From the human T2T-CHM13v2.0 reference genome, Homo sapiens: a DNA stretch of 64,000 bases. Both the position numbers and the translations under genes were made by a program. Numbering within the stretch: the stretch's first letter is position 1; each line of letters begins with the position of its first letter. The notes beneath the pieces were generated by a model. The model saw only the letters and a program-made list of their open reading frames with translations. It did no database searches and was not told the origin of the DNA. Shown here in pieces: positions 57,247-64,000 of this stretch. The stretch is from NCBI RefSeq assembly GCF_009914755.1, contig NC_060946.1, one strand, 5' to 3'.

Positions 57247-59499
57247 ATGGAGGGGAGAGGGAAGAGCTTCACAAGGGAGGGTGTTTGAGGGAGAAGGGAT
57301 GTAGGTGCGTGACGAAGCCATTACTTGGATGGACAGTAGAGGCGGAAGAGGAGGTCTGAGGGTAGAGGATGGATTCCACTTAGGGGCCATTGCAGGTGAA
57401 GTACCTTTTATTTATCTGGGAGAGTATGCCAGGAGTGGCTGAAAAAACTGGAGACCCTTGACTTCTGTAACACCTTGTTCTCCAAATTCTTCTGTCCCTC
57501 CTCACTCTTAGGAGGGCTCTGGTTCTTCAACCTGCCTCTCTCTAATGCTGATGTCCTGGGCTTTCTCTGGATGCCCTTCTCCTCACCCCAGGAGGACTCA
57601 TGCTTGGCAGGGCTTCATTTCTTACCTGCGTGGGGATAACTACCAGAGTGGCACGTCCAGCATCTCTCCTGAGCTCCAGAGACATGCAGGATCACGCTGG
57701 GCCAGTTAGCATCACAGAGTCCAGCAGCTTAAGCAAGTAAGGAGTTTTGTCTCATGGAAAAGCCCAGAGATCACATTCAGCTGGTTCAGTCCAACAATGT
57801 CATCAGTGCCAAGGCTCCCTCCCTCCTGTCACTCCATCATCCTCTGCCTGTGACTTTGATCCCCATGGTCACAAAATAGGTGCTAAGACCAAAACACTAC
57901 CTCTGCATTCCAGGCAGGAATTTTTTTATAACACAAAGTTCCAAAAAAGGAAAATGGCAGCTGGCTCTGGTCCTTTTACAAAGCTTTTCTAAAAGCCATC
58001 CCTAGTGACTGTCACTCACATCTTTTTTACCGTAACAGTGCCATCAGGCCACCTCTAACTGCAAAGGAGGCTGGGAGAACCAGTGCTCTAAATGGGCATA
58101 TCGCAACTCTGACCAAAATCAGGGAGAGTAGCTATTAGTTAGGCAACTGGCAGCATCCACTACCACCTCCAAGCCTTTATTCTGTCTTCGGTTACCTCCA
58201 AAGACACAGAGTTCTTTCCCCCCCAGGGTCGCATACAGCAGCTGGGTCACCTGAGAGGAGGCCACAGAATCCCCAGCCTGGGCTTCTCAGCCCACCAACT
58301 CCTGCTTCTGGGGTGAAATCTGGGGTCTGGCAATTTCACAGGCTCACCAAGACTGTCAGTCTTATCAAGAGTGCTTGGAGGCCAGTCATCCAACCGGACC
58401 CGCTCATTTTCCCCAACATGTCTTGGTAATAACGTTTCCTTAAACATCACCATCAGGATCCTCTCCAAGACAAATCACCGCTCAGACCACACAACAGCTT
58501 TTCTGTTATCTCTGCGTAACCGGCCTCCATGGTGTGATAAACAGCCCAGGATTGAAACATTGCTTCTGCAAATTGAACTCTGCGGGGCCGGAGGACTACC
58601 ATTACGTTAATTATATTCCAAAATTTTCCATTTATCTCCTGCCCGCCACTCCAGGTCCCGGGCGGATCCATTTGCATTTATGAATGCACAATTCTGGCAC
58701 CGGCAGCTGGTGCTGGATTGTTCTGCCTGCATGGCTTCCTCTCTGAGATGCTCTCTCTCAGCCATCTCTGGGACCTCTGCTCTTCCTCCCTCCTTGTGGG
58801 TTTACTTGAAGGAGAGCCTTGCCAGGGAGCAAACTCTTTGCTTTAAATATACTTCGGTTTGACTCTCCAAAGATGAGGTGGGCCCGGTGGCCTCTGAGCC
58901 AATTACCATATTATGCTAATCCTGACATTAACATATTACCTGCATAATGGCTGGTCTATTTTTAAAGCCACCAAAGGGATGAATTGCACCCTGAAGTTCT
59001 CCTTCAACACAGCATGCTCCTTGATTCTGGGACATTCCTAGAGAAAGGGACAGTTTCATATGGAGGGAAAACTGGGCTGGAAAAAGGTCTATGCCTGGGC
59101 CACCACCCACCTGGGCCCCTGCGTGTGGAGTTGACCCTGCACTGGCATAGGGCAGTGAGGCAGGTCCCAGGAGCTGGGGTCATCAGCAAACAACTTCAAC
59201 TCAGGACAGAAATGCAGCCATGTTCCTTCTCTCTCTAGGCCCTGGAGGCAGACAGAAGCTGCCCCAAGAAGCTCAGTGAGTATCAGACTGGGATGGGACG
59301 CCAATTCTGTGCCCCTTCAGCCTGTAGAAAACAAAGCCATTCACATCTTCCTGAACACTAATGACAGCTGCAGAAACTCGTAGGAGCATGCATGCCTTTC
59401 AACCCAGAAAGTCTACCTCTGGGAATTTGTCCTGAGCACGTAAGTCAGGGCATCTGAGCAGGGGCAATTTCTCCTACACTGCTCACATGACATATATAT

Positions 59500-60440
<941 letters not shown>

Positions 60441-60558
60441 AAATATTATATATATAACTTTTTTTTTTGGTAGCTGTACGGTCTTTCTGTGTTGCCCAGG
60501 CTGGTCTCGAACACCTAGCCTCAAGCGATCCTCCCACCTTGGCCTCTCAAACTGCTGG

Positions 60559-61040
60559 TGATGCAGGGCAGGCAAGCTCTAAAATTGGGACTTAGCCTGG
60601 GAGGGTTCTTGACTTCACCTAAGAAAGAATTCAACTGTGAGCCAGTGATGTTAGACATCAACACTTATTGAAGTGGCAGTGTATGGCAGCAGCAGAGGTA
60701 CTACTCCCTGCGGAGCAGGACCACCCCATAGGCAATGTGCCCAGAGTAGCAGCTCAGGTGTAGTTCTGCAGTCATAGTTATACCCACTTTTAATTACATG
60801 CAAATTAAGGGTCAGGTTATGCAGAAATTTCTAGGAAAAGGATGGTAACTTCTGGATCATTGACATAGAAAGGGGCAGTAACTTCCAGTCTTGCCATGGC
60901 AATAGTAAGCTGACATGGCATTGGTGGGTGTGTCTTATGGAGACTTAAGAGTGCTTTTGCCTCTTCCTTGGTTCAGCTAGTCTTCAATCTGGTCCAGAGT
61001 CTAAGCCCCACTTCTGGAGTTGAGTCCAGCCTTCTACCTG
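60559..61040 (-). mobile_element. ERV1 solo LTR (MER66-like) abutting a truncated FLAM/Alu monomer (60458-60558)
   Basis: Minus strand starts TCAGGTAGAAGGCTGGACTCAACTCC and ends CCTGCCCTGCATCA; family from recall. Confidence 0.65.
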
Positions 61041-62168
61041 AATATTTAAGAAACCAAAGATTTACCCCCAGATTTCCTTCTAAGAGACTTATAGTTTTAG
61101 CTCTTAGGTCTGACCCATTTTGAGTTAATTTTTTATATGGCATGAAATAGTGGTCCAGCTTCACTCCCTTGCATGTAGATAGTCAGGTGTCTTAGCACCA
61201 TTTGTTGAAAAGACTATTTTCCCCATTTAATGGTCTTAACATCTTTGTCAAAAATCAATTGACTATAAATGTGAAGATTCATTTCTGGATTCTCAATTCT
61301 ATTTCATTGATATATATGTCTATTCTTATGTCAATACCACACTGCTTTGAGTACTGTAGCTTTATAGTAAATTTTGAAATAAGGAAGTGTGAATCCTCTA
61401 ACTCTGCTCTTTATTTCCAAGAGTGTTTTACATATCCTGGATCCCTTAGTGTCTATATAAATTATTGGGTCAGATTGTCAATTTGTGCAAAGAAGCAAGC
61501 CTGGATTTTGGCAGTGATTACAATGAATTTATAGATCATTTTGGGAGTATAAAACAATATAAATTATTATATAAAAATATAGATATAAATATAAATAATA
61601 AATTAAATTAATTATTAATTATTAATATAAATTAATTATTAATTTATTAATAATAAATATTGCAAATATAAACAATAATAAAAATTATTGTGATTATATA
61701 AATTAATTATATTAACAATATTAATTACTCTGATCCATGAACATGGGATATGTTTCCATTTATTTAGATTTTCTTTAATTTCTTTCAACAATGTTTTATA
61801 GCTTTCAGAATATATATTTTTTACTTCTTTGTTAAGTGTATCTGTAAGTATTTTGTTCCTTTTAGTGCTATTGTAAGTAAATTTTCTTAATTTCATTTCA
61901 GATTGCTCATTGCTATTGTATAAAAATATAATATATTTTTGCATATTGATCTTGTGTTCTGAAACTTTCTAAACTCATTTCTTAGTTCTACTTTTCGTGT
62001 GTGTGAATTGCTTAGGATTTTCTGCACAAAAGGTTATGTAATCTGCAAATAAAAATAATTTTACCTTTTCCTTTCCAATGCAGATTCCTCTTTTATTGCC
62101 TAACTGTCCTGGCTAGAACTCCCAGTACAATGTTGAACAGAAGCAGTGAGGGTGAACTCTAATCCTAG

Positions 62169-62508
<340 letters not shown>

Positions 62509-63441
62509 TGTCAAATGCTTTTTCTGCATCTATTGAGATGGTCATGTGGTTTACTGCTGTACTGATATGGTGTATTATACTAATTGTTTCTGGGTGTTAA
62601 ATCAACCTTGCCTATAGGGATAAATTCCAAATGGTCATGGTGGACAATCCTTGTTGGATTCTATTTGCTAGTATTTTATTGCAGACTTTTTGTATCTATA
62701 TTCATAAAAGATATTAGTCTGTAGTTTTGTAATGTCTTTGTCTGGTTTTGGCATCAGGAAAATAGTAGCCTCATAGAATGAGTTGTGAAAGTTTTCCCTC
62801 TTCTTTGATTTTTCTGGAATAACTCATAAATAATTGATATTAATTCTTTCTTAAATGTTTGGCAGTGAAGCAATTTGGACCAATGCTCTTCTTTGTGGAA
62901 AGTTGTTTTCTTTTAAAAAAAAAAAAAAAAGTTACTAATTTAATCTCTTTATTTATCTGTTCAGATTTTCTATTTCTCCTTGAGTCAGTTTTGGTAGTTT
63001 GTGTCTTTCTAAGAAATTATCCATTTCATCTAAGTCATCGAATTTACTGGCATATGATTGTTCATAGTATTTAAATGGCATCTTTTAAATTTCCATTTGC
63101 TGTTTGTTTCTAGTATACAAAAATACAACTCACTTTTGTATATTGACTTACTAGACTCTCTAATGAATTCCAATAATGTACCTGTAGAATCTCTAGACTT
63201 GCTACATGCATGAGCAAATTCTCTGTAAATAATGATGAATCTGTTTCCTCATTTCCAATCCTTATGACCTCATTTCTTTGTATTGCCTTACAGTAAGGCT
63301 TGATTTTCAGTCCAATGCTGAAGAGAAGTGGGGGAGCAGGTATCTTTATCTAGCTGCCAATTTTAAAAGGAAGGTTTTCAGCATTTTACCAATAAATACA
63401 TGTCTTCTATAGTTTTTGTAGCTACCATTTATCAGATTAAA

Positions 63442-63780
63442 TTTTTTCTTTTTTTTTCTTTTTCTTTATTTTTTTATCATTTTGAGACAGGGTCTCACTC
63501 TGTCACCCAGACTGGAGGGCAGTGGCATGATCGTGGCTCCCTGCAACCTCTGCCTCTCCAGTTCAAGCGATTCTCGTGCCTCAGCCTCCTGACTAGCTGG
63601 GAATATAAGCACGCGCCCCCAAGCCCAGCTAATTTTTGTATTTTTAATACAGACGGAGTTTTGCCTGTTGGCCAGGCTGGTCTCTAACTCCTGACTTCAG
63701 GTCACCCACTTGCCTCAGCCTCCCAAAGTCTCGGCCTCCCAAAGTGCTGGGATTACAGGCGTGAACCACTGTGCTCAGCC
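63442..63780 (-). mobile_element. Alu with a 16-bp internal tandem duplication
   Basis: CTCAGCCTCCCAAAGT followed by CTCGGCCTCCCAAAGT at ~63713-63745. Confidence 0.9.
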
Positions 63781-64000
63781 TATATTTCTAGTTTTCTAAG
63801 AGTTTCTTTTTTCGTAAATGGAGTTTGGGCTTTGTCAAATGTTTTTTCTGCATCTATCGAAATGAACATTTACTTTTTCTCCTTCAACTGTTAATGTGGC
63901 AAGTAACATTTGAGTTTACAATGTTAAATCTACCTTGTAGGTGGGTCACTTTTCTAATGTTTTGTTTAGAATTTTTGCATCTGTGTTTTGCGTGAGGTTG

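Noticed and set aside
59222-59281. Possible 37-nt exon (pyrimidine tract-AG ... GTGAGT) and other acceptor-like sites at 5541, 19273, 20191 and 40089
   Set aside because: Isolated splice-like motifs are common, and I could not assemble a consistent exon chain or reading frame.

Overview
Primate (very probably human) non-coding genomic DNA. It is mostly GC-rich unique sequence, with two AT-rich old-L1 blocks (~10.7-18.1 kb and ~59.5-64 kb), about 22 Alus, several MaLR/ERV1 solo LTRs and simple repeats. I can support no intact protein-coding gene, RNA gene or CRISPR array; the ORF track is Alu-, L1- and simple-repeat-derived or chance ORFs. The only gene-derived sequence is a disabled SKP1 processed pseudogene on the minus strand (~8947-10711), split by two Alus. 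The most unusual signal is structural. At least five 80-400 bp segments have been copied to sites 0.65-3 kb away, four direct and one inverted; two of the copies clearly interrupt a host repeat, and one carries a fold-back junction. There is also an L1PB 3' transduction, an orphan poly(A) micro-insertion, a four-level nest of mobile elements, an apparent inversion inside an L1, a candidate TATA-driven non-coding first exon, and several homeodomain/POU-motif-rich enhancer-like islands. I found no evidence of a new coding system. Repeat subfamily names come from recall of consensus sequences and need RepeatMasker confirmation; identity values are hand counts.
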